DNA from: Raillietiella orientalis
Taxonomy: Eukaryota
NCBI GenBank assembly: GCA_036172245.1
Contig: JAYWIR010000030.1
Location: 1,488,001-1,552,000 of the forward strand
Length of the DNA stretch: 64,000 nucleotides
Direction of reading: 5' to 3'
Part shown: piece by piece, positions 26,401 through 37,990 of the stretch
How positions within the stretch are numbered: the first letter of the stretch is position 1
Layout of the letters: every line of letters starts with the position of its first letter
The notes under the pieces: generated by a model
The model's input: the letters and a program-made list of their open reading frames with translations, nothing else
Databases searched by the model: none
Told to the model about the DNA's origin: nothing
Made by a program: the position numbers and the translations under genes

Positions 26401-29400
26401 CAGTACCAGGAGTGACCGTGGAAACCGGAGATGAGCCGGTTGCCGTTCCTGCGCTGGGTGTTGATGTCGATGATGATGGAGTCGGGGAGGAGGTGCTTCC
26501 TGGGGATGCGGAAGTGGCAGGGGATCCTGAACTCGATGTTGCCGATGAGGTGTCGCCAGTACCAGGAGTGACCGTGGATACCGGAGATGAGCCGGTTGCC
26601 GTTCCTACGCTGGGTGTTGATGTCGATGATGATGGAGTCGGGGATGATGTGCTTCCTGGGGATGCTGAAGTGGCAGGGGATCCTGAACTCGATGTTGCCG
26701 ATGAGGTGTCGCCAGTACCAGGAGTGACCGTGGAAATCGGAGATGAGCCGGTTGCCGTTCCTGCGCTGGGTGTTGATGTCGATGATGATGGAGTCGGGGA
26801 GGAGGTGCTTCCTGGGGATGCGGAAGTGGCAGGGGATCCTGAACTCGATGTTGCCGATGAGGTGTCGCCAGTACCAGGAGTGACCGTGGAAACCGGAGAT
26901 GAGCCGGTTGCCGTTCCTGCGCTGGGTGTTGATGTCGATGATGATGGAGTCGGGGAGGAGGTGCTTCCCGTGGATGCTGAAGTGGCAGGGGATCCTGAAC
27001 TCGATGTTGCCGATGAGGTGTCGCTAGTACCGGGAGTGACCGTGGAAACCGGAGATGAGCCGGTTGCCGTTCCTGCGCTGGGTGTTGATGTCGATGATGA
27101 TGGAGTCGGGGAGGAGGTGCTTCCTGGGGATGCTGAAGTGGCAGGGGATCCTGAACTCGATGTTGCCGATGAGGTGTCGCCAGTACCAGGAGTGACCGTG
27201 GAAATCGGAGATGAGCCGGTTGCCGTTCCTGCGCTGGGTGTTGATGTCGATGATGATGGAGTCGGGGATGATGTGCTTCCTGGGGATGCGGAAGTGGCAG
27301 GGGATCCTGAACTCGATGTTGCAGATGAGGTGTCGCCAGTACCAGGAGTGACCGTGGAAATCGGAGATGAGCCGGTTGCCGTTCCTGCGCTGGGTGTTGA
27401 TGTCGATGACGATGGAGTCGGGGAGGAGGTGCTTCCTGGGGATGCTGAAGTGGCAGGGGATCCTGAACTCGATGTTGCAGATGAGGTGTCGCCAGTACCA
27501 GGAGTGACCGTGGAAATCGGAGATGAGCCAGTAGCCGTTCCTGAGCTTGATGCTGATGTCGATGATGATGGAGTCGGGGAGGAGGTGCTTCCTGGGGATG
27601 CTGAAGTGGCAGGGGATCCTGAACTCGATGTTGCAGATGAGGTGTCGCCAGTACCAGGAGTGACCGTGGAAACCGGAGATGAGCCAGTAGCCGTTCCTGA
27701 GCTTGATGCTGATGTCGATGATGATGGAGTCGGGGAGGAGGTGCTTCCTGGGGATGCTGAAGAGGTAGTGGATCCTGAGCTGGAAGATGTGTCGCTAGTG
27801 CCAGGAGTGATCGTGGAAACCGGAGATGAGCCGGTTGACGTTCCTGAGCTTGATGCTGATGTCGATGATGATGGAGTCGGGGAGGAGGTGCTTCCTGGGG
27901 ATGCTGAAGAGGTAGTGGATCCTGAGCTGGAAGATGTGTCGCTAGTGCCAGGAGTGATCGTGGAAACCGGAGATGAGCCAGTAGCCGTTCCTGAGCTTGA
28001 TGCTGATGTCGATGATGATGGAGTCGGGGAGGAGGTGCTTCCTGGGGATGCTGAAGAGGTAGTGGATCCTGAGCTGGAAGATGTGTCGCTAGTGCCAGGA
28101 GTGATCGTGGAAACCGGAGATGAGCCGGTTGACGTTCCTGAGCTTGATGCTGATGTCGATGATGATGGAGTCGGGGAGGAGTTGCTTCCTGGGGATGCTG
28201 AAGAGGTAGTGGATCCTGAGCTGGAAGATGTGTCGCTAGTGCCAAGAGTGATCGTGGAAACCGAAGATGAGCCGGTTGCCGTTCCTGAGCTTGATGCTGA
28301 TGTCGATGATGATGGAGTCGGGGAGGAGGTGCTTCCTGGGGATGCTGAAGAGGTAGTGGATCCTGAGCTGGAAGATGTGTCGCTAGTGCCAGGAGTGATC
28401 GTGGAAACCGGAGATGAGCCGGTTGACGTTCCTGAGCTTGATGCTGATGTCGATGATGATGGAGTCGGGGAGGAGGTGCTTCCTGGGGATGCTGAAGAGG
28501 TAGTGGATCCTGAGCTGGAAGATGTGTCGCTAGTGCCAAGAGTGATCGTGGAAACCGAAGATGAGCCGGTTGCCGTTCCTGAGCTTGATGCTGATGTCGA
28601 TGATGATGGAGTCGGGGAGGAGGTGCTTCCTGGGGATGCTGAAGAGGTAGTGGATCCTGAGCTGGAAGATGTGTCGCTAGTGCCAGGAGTGATCGTGGAA
28701 ACCGGAGATGAGCCGGTTGACGTTCCTGAGCTTGATGCTGATGTCGATGATGATGGAGTCGGGGAGGAGGGGCTCCCTGGTGATGCTGAAGAGGCAGAGG
28801 ATCCTGAGCTCGATGATGCTGATGAACTGGCACTCGTGCCAGTGGTGGCTGTCGAAGTGAAAGTTGCGCTGGTTTCCGTTGTTGTTGCGGTTATTGTGGT
28901 GGTGGTCTCTTCTGTTGATTTCGTGGAGGTTATTGTTTTTACTGAAATGATATTTGTTAATGGTTATGTTTTCTGGTTTCATTGCTCTTTGTCCCTTAAT
29001 ATTTCGTTAGTGTATCTTACTATTTTGTTTATTTGGTATTGGTGGAGTAGTTGCGGTAATGCCATGTGGTGGTGCGTATTTTTGAAGTTGTGTTTTTGTG
29101 GTTCCATTAGTTTTGCTCGTTGGTTGTTCTGGTGCAGTATTCGCCCTTGTTGCGGTGAGATCATGTGTGCTCGAGACAGTGCCTGGTAGTTGTTTGTTTC
29201 TTTTTTTTGTGAAGGTGCTTCTTTTTTGTGTGTTGGATTTGTGGCGAATGCCGCATGTGTAGGGGAATTGAGGACGTTTGTCATAATCGTTTCTTTTGTT
29301 CCTCCGGGTGTTATTGTGGCTGTGAAGTTGTTGAGCAGTTTTGCGAAAGTGTAAGGTGTGTGCAATTCAAAGTTTCTTACCTGGTGCCGTGGTTGGAATT

Positions 29401-31078
29401 ATTTTGTTGTCTTTCACTTTCACAAAGATGCATAACCCTTTAATCAGTGTTCTTGGATGTCTTATGAGAATGATTTTGATACTGGATCCTTGGTAATTGG
29501 CAGATATTTCTTTCTCATTACCAGTTGTTTTTGAGTTGAAATTTTTTACTTCTGGAATCGAGGATTCTTTTGCTGAGGCAGTTACCACGTAAATGTTGTA
29601 TTCAAAATTTGTGGTAATTGGAAGACGTCGTAGGATTACGGTTGCTTGAAGGGAAGTTCCAGACTAAGGCAGAAAAGAATATGGTTAATTGGCGCACACA
29701 TGTGGCTTCTCTTGTCCTGTTGTTTCGTAAATTTGTGTTCTTTTGAAAGGCACTGTACCAGCAATCACCATCGGGAAAAATAGTGCTTTCTATAGAGCAT
29801 CACGAAGGGTAATACAAGGTTGAATACATCTAGAGCATCTATTATTGCTTTCATGTGCGAGCATCACAACAGTCATTCGCTCTCATATTACTTGATAAAG
29901 GCTTTAAATTGCAGCTTCCCTATTCATTGAAAGTGTGCAACACTTTTATTCATCTCGTATTAAAATGAACCCGGGCCGTAGACAAGGAAATTCAGTTCGG
30001 TCCTTACCTGAACTTCGACATAAGAAGTGATTTCGTTTCTTCCTGAAGTAATTACATCGAACTTGGGAAGGCGGAAGTACTCGTTTTTTCGATCAGGGAC
30101 GTATGGACTCGGAGTTGGCACATTCCTCAGAGAAATGCGAATTTCCTGAAGTATTGTGTTGACGAGTGAGATTCTTGCGCCGTGGAAGATGCTGTATTGT
30201 TCTTCTTTCTGGAGATCTTGGAAAACAACCCTAAAATGCATGGAGGTGTTGAATGCAAGTCAAGAAGGGATTTTTTTTCCATCTCCACGTTTTCGTCTCC
30301 ATGTTTGTCCCGGTTGGTCCTGAAATAAATTGCTCGGAACAGATTCTCTTCTTTTGTCGTGGGAGTTCTCAAGTGAGCACGGGACGACTCACATATGGGG
30401 AGCATGACTGACGAAATGAGGACCCAATGGTTGGAATCATACGTCTCCTTGTGAGAACAGTTCTTTTTAGAGAAAGAAACGAATTCACTGATGCATTTCA
30501 CAGAGGCATGTCCCTAGATTTAATCGATGATTCCTTTGGGGGGCATCGATTGCCGAGGCAAACGCGCAGAATGAAAAGTGAGTCCACATTACTTTGGTGG
30601 TACCTACGTCCTTGATCTGATTGTGTCCTTAAAAAACAGATGCCCCTGTGTCTTTCTCGTGTTTCCCGTCGGTGTTATAGACAGCTCCGCAGTGGCAGGG
30701 AAGACTCGAGTCTTCTCAAGAAAACGTCTGATTACTATTATAACGATTTCTTCTGTGGTACTTACATCGAGACCTATTGTACAAGAACTAGCTTTCCCCC
30801 TAGGGTTAGGGATTTCTAGCATGTAGCGTTCTCTATCCATGCGTGAAATCCTGCATGACCTTGTTTGATGCATTGAAACATTCAAGGGGGCAGATAACTC
30901 TTGGAAAGCAGAAGCTGTAGCATAATAATCAAACGTCTAGAAGGAGAGAAGCAACTCTCTTTGAACATTTTCTCTTTACTCTTCTGCATGCATTTTTTTC
31001 TTGTGACTTTTCAATCACACTGCTTAAAAATGATCTCTTTACCTGCAATAATAAAAGGGTAACTGCTTTTGCGATCAT
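23465..31078 (-). CDS. Secreted mucin-like (PTS-repeat) glycoprotein, about 2200 aa, 6 exons: 31078-31043, 30936-30608, 30230-30008, 29663-29381, 29319-29021, 28941-23465
   Basis: Hand-spliced model with GT-AG introns (106, 377, 344, 61, 79 nt). N-terminus MIAKAVTLLLLQ|TFDYYATASA resembles a signal peptide and is followed by about 290 aa of beta-rich globular sequence. The 5.5-kb exon is open in the S/T/P/G-rich frame (the ORF track shows only 23465-26314 of it). Phases match if one A is added to the A8 run at 29201-29208. The 3' end is either TAA at 23465 or a GTAAGA donor at 23468. Confidence 0.8.
24204..27635 (-). repeat. Coding tandem repeat, 22 x 156 bp (52 aa: TSSATSSSGSPATSASPGSTSSPTPSSSTSTPSAGTATGSSPVSTVTPGTGD)
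   Basis: The marker 'gatgaggtgtcgc' recurs every 156 nt from 24360 to 27636, and the units are nearly identical. Confidence 0.97.
27636..28811 (-). repeat. Coding tandem repeat, 8 x 147 bp (49-aa variant lacking 3 codons)
   Basis: The marker 'gaagatgtgtcgctagtgcc' occurs at 27783, 27930, 28077, 28224, 28371, 28518 and 28665 (period 147). Confidence 0.95.
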
Positions 31079-31282
31079 CGGGTTTCTTCTGCTCGAGTTT
31101 TTCCTATGGAAACGTGAATGCAGCTGGTTGCCGTGGAAGTCACACACAAGGATTCATGAACGTTCGACCTGAGTGGTTTCCGATGATCAGCATGATCTTA
31201 TTGTGCTTGAAAGCAGCATCTCAATTGTGTGATGACGTAGAAATGCGGAAGGGGAAGTGGCAAAGTAGGGATAATTTGCAAC

Positions 31283-31620
31283 AGCTCGAAGCATCTGCTA
31301 TTAATCGATGCTATCAACCTCCAATTAACTTCCGCAATGCCATTTATGCAATGTTTGTGCAGGGGGCTGTCGAGTCCTGCATCGACTCTTCACGTGTTGC
31401 AGCAGTCCTTCTGCTTTCGGATTTGTGACGATCCTGTAGTTTTATTGTTCATGCTGAGCTCGAAGCATCTGCTATTAATCGATGCTATCAACCCCCAGTT
31501 AAATTCTGCAACGCCATTTATGTAATGTTTGTGCAGTGGCTTTCAAGTGAGTTCTCCATCGGCTTTCCGTGTGTTAGTAGCAATTCTGCTTTGTGAATAT
31601 TCTGTAGCTTTATTGTTTAT
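31283..31620. repeat. Two-copy tandem duplication (period 174 bp) upstream of the mucin start
   Basis: 'agctcgaagcatctgctattaatcgatgctatcaacc' occurs at 31283 and 31457, and similarity continues through the units. Confidence 0.9.
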
Positions 31621-33707
31621 AATTTATAATGAGGGTGTTGACTGCTTCATATTCCGGCAAGGCAGAGGCACAGCAGAGCTTACTATCTCTTGAGGTCGCG
31701 GTTTGTTAGATCCGATTGAGGATTTCTCTCCATTTTCATACCAAGCATCCCTGCATTTATTGATGACAAAAACCGATTGCTAGTGATTCGTTGAGATTTC
31801 TATAGAAGTTCAGGCAATCGCTCTTTTGTTTCCGGAATTGGCTCGCTTTCCTGGATGAAAGGCTGCTCAGGAGCAAAGTTTCCATGTAGGTACACCACTA
31901 CGGAGGCACTCAGAAGATCGAGTTCGAGATTTATCGAAAAGGCCATCAAGAAGCGGATGATCATCATAGCTGCACGCTTCATTTCGTAGAATAGTGAATG
32001 CTTTAATCTTGGCTTCGATGTGCTCACGTCACGTACTAAGAAGTGGCATTGCTTCGTACGTGGTAGAAAACCCCAGAATCCAGAACGAGTGCATGCAAGG
32101 ATCGAGTTGCACTCATCTAAACAAGAAAAGGATCAGCACTACATGAAATGCAGGTGACGATGCATAGTGATGTCTTTCCGATTAGCGAATCATGAGAACT
32201 CTTCCACTGGGCTACTTTTATATGGGATTACCCCTACTTTCCTTCAACCTTACGTCCTTCGAGGAACAGAAAAGCATATGCTCTCCATGGAGACACGCAT
32301 CAAAAAAGGGGAAGGCAAACATCATGAGCATCCTCAAGTCTAGAGAGTTCCCAAAGCGGGACCCGTAAGCCTTTAGAAGAGACCTCCAAACTCCTCAACG
32401 AGCCACTTACCATCGGAAAAACCACCGTGACTTACAGTAGGACTCGAAAGAAGTAGTGCGTCCCGAGCAGCAACGTCTTAGCGACGTTGTAAATTTTCGG
32501 AAGAACTGCCAGCAATCATGCAGCAATTTGTTTTGCGATATTCGTGAGAGTGCCCTGGAATACCAATGCGGAAATGCAGTAATACTGACTCGACCCGAGA
32601 GAGGTCGACCCTCGGCAGCTTTATAACGGAAAGGGACCTTCCCAGAGGATCAGCTCTGAGCAAAACCAGGCAACTGATGTCCCAATGCTCTTGTAGGTGT
32701 CATGTAGGAAGCTGATTTCCGAGGTGCGAAATGCAATGCCAAGTCGGATGGACAAGTCGAGACGAATCTCTTGTAGCCCCAGTGCTGGGCTCAGTTTGCG
32801 AAAAACGAGGGACAGAATCGGCCTTCCAAGGAATGGACTGCGGATCGAGGAGACGTGGGAGGCTTCCAAGAAGGTACGAGGCGTTAATGGTTGCAACCAG
32901 CCATCAGAGGACGCTGGATGTCCCAACCAGGGTCTCTTTTTTAGGTACTTGGTCCATTAATAAACTTTCTCAGGCTTGTTGCTGTTTTGATTATCAGGGC
33001 AGTACACCATACAAGAAACACCCCCAGCCCTTTCCTCGTTGGAAAATTTTTTCGAATCGTCCTGGATGTTACCAGGGTATTCTGACCTTCTCCCTTCCAT
33101 TGAATTTCGTCGACATGCATACCACAAGTGGCTACTCCAATGATCTATTTTTCGTACGCCGACGGCAGAAATTGTAAAGAAGGGCTTCTCTGATTCATAC
33201 TGAGGAGTGCAAAGTGGTCAGCAAAGTGTACAGGTTGCAACGTCTCTCGTTATGCACTGAACTTCGTTGGCTTCTCGAGACCGTTACGTGCCTGGGAGAG
33301 TCCCCACCTTCCTGCATGGGGGAAGCTCGAAGCTCTCTGAAATCTGCTTCATACCGGACTCTTTGAGGATGGCAGAATCTTGCTCCCTGGAAGAGATGCG
33401 GCATCGAAAATTTTCATGATCCCGCTATCCCATCCCATGCATTTCTTTTTGCCGCCTGCATCCGACGCATCAGCGACACCGGTTGTGACGAGGCAAGCCT
33501 TGTGGTGGGCCTCAACCCATTGGGTGCAGCGGTGCCCATCAGATTGCAACGTTCCATGTGGACGGCACGAGAGTCGCAGATGGACGGAGTGCTTCATCCA
33601 CGTACCCTTCGACTTCATAAAGCGCTCATTAAAGTTGCTGATGCAATTGTTAATTTAGTTTAAATGTAAATGAAATATGTTCATTTTCCCAAACATACAT
33701 GATTGAT

Positions 33708-34220
33708 TTAAAAATCATACTCCGCATAAAGCAATGATTCATCAACGCATAATCCGACGTCGCAGTCTTTATATTCGCATCTTGTGTCAATCCTTTTCTT
33801 ATGTTTCGAACATAAGACACATTTCCTTCCCGGAAATGCCTGTTTCCTCGGAACCCTTTGAACAGAATCTGAATACACTACTTCCCTGGATGTGGGAAGT
33901 TTTTTTTTCATTTTTGTGTCCATATTTGGCTATTCTATTATCTATACTGCATTTCAAATCTTTAGAATCGGATGGCGACTTCAGATGGCGATGAAAATCT
34001 TCCGAATATTTTCCCAATTTCAGCGTCATATTCTTCATTCGAATCCGACTCTCCGTCTATTTCGCTGCAGTCTCCTCCAGTGATCTCTTCAAACTTATTC
34101 GACGTTTTTGAGACATCACAGAGATAAGAAATAATACCATGAATTCTGCACGACACCGAGAAAAACCGAGAATCGCTTAGCAGATGTCGATAGAATTTTG
34201 TTTACTGTCGTGGCTAAGGG
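33708..34220 (-). mobile_element. Internally deleted piggyBac-type transposase remnant
   Basis: RKCVLCSKHKKRIDTRCEYKDCDVGLC resembles the piggyBac C-terminal Cys-rich domain. An acidic SEIDGESDSNEE stretch just upstream resembles the piggyBac N-terminus. The catalytic core is absent and TIRs are not clearly seen. Confidence 0.7.
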
Positions 34221-34770
34221 AATTATGAGGATGTAAGTGTATGAGCCCATCTCAAACACGGATAGTGTTACGCGTCCATAGCATTCAAAGGGTTCAGATT
34301 CACAGTGCGGCTGAAAGATCTGGTACTCACTTGCCAGAATGCAGGCCTGGAGTTTCCATATTTCGAAGCATTCCTCCGTTAGCCGATCTTCATTTCTTGG
34401 AATTTTCCAATCTGAGGTCGAACTCTGACTGGTGGTCGCTTGTCTTGCCTTAGCTCCATTATTTTTTCTTTTCCCTGCAGATTTCCACTGGACGCGCATG
34501 AAAACACAAAATACACAGAGTGGTTATACTCTCTGTTATCCAGTATAGTCGACCTGGCCTTGAATTGGCCATCCCGTAGGCGCCAACAGACTCTGTAGCC
34601 AGCTTGAGACCTAGCATGCGCCATCCAGTGGGAAATAACACGGACATTTGATGCAACAGGAACACAGCTTCTTGGTCTCCCTCTATCGGAAGGGTCGGAG
34701 CCCCAGAACTCCGAGAATGAGCTGCCGGACGAGATCATTAACTGTCTCGCCTTATCAATTTTCTCATCAA

Positions 34771-35370
34771 GCCCGCATAGGCGGTCGTGTAACGACGGTC
34801 ACCGCGCGTAGTGACAAGCATTGTAGGTTCGAATCCCCGCGTGGAGGATTGATGCTAGAAAAACGGGTGCGCCGTGGGTTTCGAGTCCTCCCGCAAGATG
34901 ACGCTGCTTGGCCTATACGCTTCGGGGTGCGGCACTCATGGAAGCCCCGAATGCCCCCGTTGGCTGGCCTCGGGGATTAGAAGTTGACTCCGAGGTCCTT
35001 CCAGGAATTAAGGAGTCCCGGTTACCTACAGGGCTCCCCCCCGGATGTGAAAATGGAGCCACCTTCCACCGTGTACCATGGAGGTGGTTGATATTCCTTT
35101 CAAGGGATTGTTTTTCCTGATCGTCAGAAGCGCGCTACTTCTCCCTCCGGGGAAGGCCCTTCAGAAATTTGCAAGCGTCCCTTCAAAAAATGAAATTCAG
35201 GAGTGGATGTTTCCCTCGGAGAAGTGAGGAGCGGCTCCCTCCGAAAAGAATAAGGAAGAGGTTCCTTTCGGGGTTCCCTCCAAAGCGTAAGGAGAGAGGA
35301 CTACGGAGCTTCCACCGGAGCATTCCTGGATTCACTTCTGGATCTCCTCCTGGACAGCTGCTCCCATAGA
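34771..35370 (+). mobile_element. SINE-like element with a tRNA-derived head
   Basis: Starts GCCCGCATAG and has a B-box GGTTCGAATCC at 34826. The body matches the reverse complement of 7870-8468 and 10160-10560. No clean cloverleaf is present. Confidence 0.55.
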
Positions 35371-35899
35371 CAGCCAACAAACGGAAGAAATCCTTTTTCG
35401 AGCATGAGGTCTCAGAACGCTTCTTCAGGTATATATCGATCAACGAACCGATGCGGTGATGAAGATGTAAAGGAAAACATGCAGGGTTTGCTTCCGTTTT
35501 CTTCTTCTTCGTCTGTACCTTGTCGGTCTCGTACGCTGGACAGCGTTGAGATCTCTCGGAGGTGAGCCAAACGTCTTTCTGATATGACGAACGGAACACA
35601 TACATAGCGTCCTTTCGTTCCCTCGCCACGAACTGCAGAAGGGGTGCCATGCTGAATAGGATGTATCCAATGCCTCTTGGACGTTGGATGCATCCCATTC
35701 AATGCGATGATGGCGGTCAGAATTCCTTGATCGCGAGACTTTTCGGCATGAAGCAGCGTGCAGTTCTGGTGCGATTTCTTTTTCCGTACAAGAGTCACTT
35801 CCTTCTGGAAGAGACTGTTGAACCTCCGGGCATTCAGCTCAGCTCAGTCCTGAGATGCTGCACGCAAAAGCTCTGCTGAGGAACCCGAAAAGAGGCAGC

Positions 35900-37900
35900 G
35901 AAGAAGCGTTCGAAAGAATTGCTGAAAAGTGGATCATTCTGCTATCTCCGAGGAGTTCTCAGAGTCCATCAACAGATTCCAGCTCGCGGGTGCCCAGGCC
36001 TCCTCTGTAAGAAGCGTCCGCAAGTACCACTCTTGTTCATCTCCCACGCTTGTTACCTGAAACCTTTCTGCAGCCGTTGCCTGGACCTGTTGTTCTTTGA
36101 AGTGTGCGGGAGAGTCTTGACACGGTCTCCAAGGAACAGCAAAAAGAACTCGAGTAAGCTGTTTATTCTTGACTAGCCCAATGTCGCCTGCCGCGGCGAT
36201 CGCAGCTTCGTGCTCCGTCAGCGGAGCCGTGGCGGTCCAAAGACCCGACAACAGACGCAGAAGGCCACATTGCGGGTATTCTCATTTCTGAGGGTCGCGG
36301 TGCGACGATTCCTGGAGGGCAGTCCCACAGCAGGTGCGGGAACCATCCATTCGCCCCGCACTTTAAGCAGTTTCGGGATTCAACTCCCTGGAAACCAGAC
36401 GCAGGATAAGTCAGTGCAGAAAGAGCAGGACACCCCATTTCCACTTCAGGGGGAACGAGGAAGTGTTTACGCACGGAGGAGGGCTAGAGATTTCCTTCGG
36501 AGGACGCATTCAAAGGTCCGATCCACCGAAATGGTCCCTTCCTACGATATGGAATGCCGGTCTCCATCAGCTCACTCGGCTTCCAGCCTCCTCGGAGTTT
36601 GGTCCGTCCTGCAAGCGAGCAGAAGATGGGCTATCTTGCCGATAGGCAACCATCGTTATTTCACCTCAGGGCAGAATGCTCTGCGGCAAGGGGTGTGGCG
36701 GCCAGACGGACAGACTTCTTCGAATCTTGCGGGAATTTCTCCCGGTGGAAGCTTGTGGAGGGAGCGTATGGAAGTGGACCGATGGCAGATGTAATCGCAA
36801 CTCCAGACTCCAGGATTCCAAGTTATTGGGCGGTGGGAAAACCAAGAGTAGTCTTCCAGGATCGAGGCAAGTTGTCGGAGCAGGAAGCAGAATTCCCCCC
36901 GCATCCTGTATCGGCAGCCAGGCAGCAACGCTAGGAATCCTTCTTTGTACGATGCGAATAGTGGACAGAAAACTTCACGGTTAGTAGCGTTGGGATGCTC
37001 TGAAGGCATTCCTGGTTTGTCCACAAGAGCTCTCCACGTTCAGCCTTTCTGTCCAGGCTACAGTGGACAAAATTTTCTGATATGCCGATCTCAGTTCTCC
37101 TTTTCGTCTGTGATCCCCGAGAAAAAATTCACGCATGCACTTTCCAATCACCGTTCCTTGCTTTCCTCTGCTCAGTTTCGCCCTGCTTTTCGGAGACAGT
37201 TCACAGACAGCGTATGAAATCAAAAGAGCGAGGAAAACTCAACGGAGGCTGTTTCGTCACGGATTTCCCATGCGTCTGCGACAGCGAGAAGACAACCTCC
37301 GTAGCAGGACTGGATTGCACGAAAACCAAAAGTCTAAGCACCTGAGTAAAGCGTTCTCCCGGAAAACTAAGGACGAGTGCAAGCATCCAAGTAGGTTACG
37401 GACTCGTTACACCGTTTCCGACTGTTCCCACAAAAAACATAGTGGTCGTTCCCGCAAAAAGGTGACGCACAAAGCAGCCAAGATATTTGGAAACGCCCGA
37501 AGTAATGCTGCTACCGGTATCCAAGCATCTCGTTGCTTCTCCTGAAACATCAAGCGGCAGAGCTGCTCTTGTTCCAAGTGGGCGATTCTTTTCCCAATTC
37601 GTAAGACAGCTTTCTTTACAGAGGAAGGACTGGAGACGCAAAGTAACTGCAGCTGTATGAAAAGAGGAGGATGAAAGATCAGATTCGCTTACTTGAGGCC
37701 GAAACACCTTCACAGAAAAGGCCGTCAAAGCTCGGATCCCTCAAACTGCAGGATGAATCCCATTCGGAAGACACAAGACAACCAGCAGTGCGCTCATGAG
37801 TCGTATCTGAGCAACCGTGCCTCTTCCACCTCCCATTGGCGAGATGGATGGAATCATTTCTTGGAAGATCTGAGACTCCTCTGAAAGGCAACGAAGATAT
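35900..37900 (-). mobile_element. Decayed non-LTR ORF2 C-terminal half spanning the outer palindrome boundary (mirror at about 60200-62000, +)
   Basis: CLKCGANGWFPHLLWDCP zinc-finger motif. FLALLPGCRYRM resembles the 14.8-15.0 kb and 50.1 kb copies. Confidence 0.6.
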
Positions 37901-37990
37901 TAGCATTTATTCGTCCGTACATCTACCAATACACTAGCTGCTTGTTCTCACCGGATAATTTGATGACTTCGTAAGGTGTTAAAAGTAGTG

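Noticed and set aside
24204..28811. CRISPR array or satellite DNA
   Set aside because: There are no unique spacers or cas genes, and unit lengths are multiples of 3 within an open coding exon.
26605..28833. 742-aa His/Gln/Pro-rich ORF on the - strand
   Set aside because: Alternative frame of the same repeat. It is closed by a single substitution at 26605 and is not in phase with the flanking exons.
23637..29189. 1850-aa acidic V/D/E/G-rich ORF on the + strand
   Set aside because: Antisense shadow of the Ser/Thr repeat exon. The splice sites, signal peptide and upstream exons are all on the minus strand.
34771..34845. Functional tRNA gene (also 8400-8468)
   Set aside because: A B-box is present, but no consistent acceptor or anticodon stems form and it continues into a dispersed repeat body, so it was treated as a SINE head.
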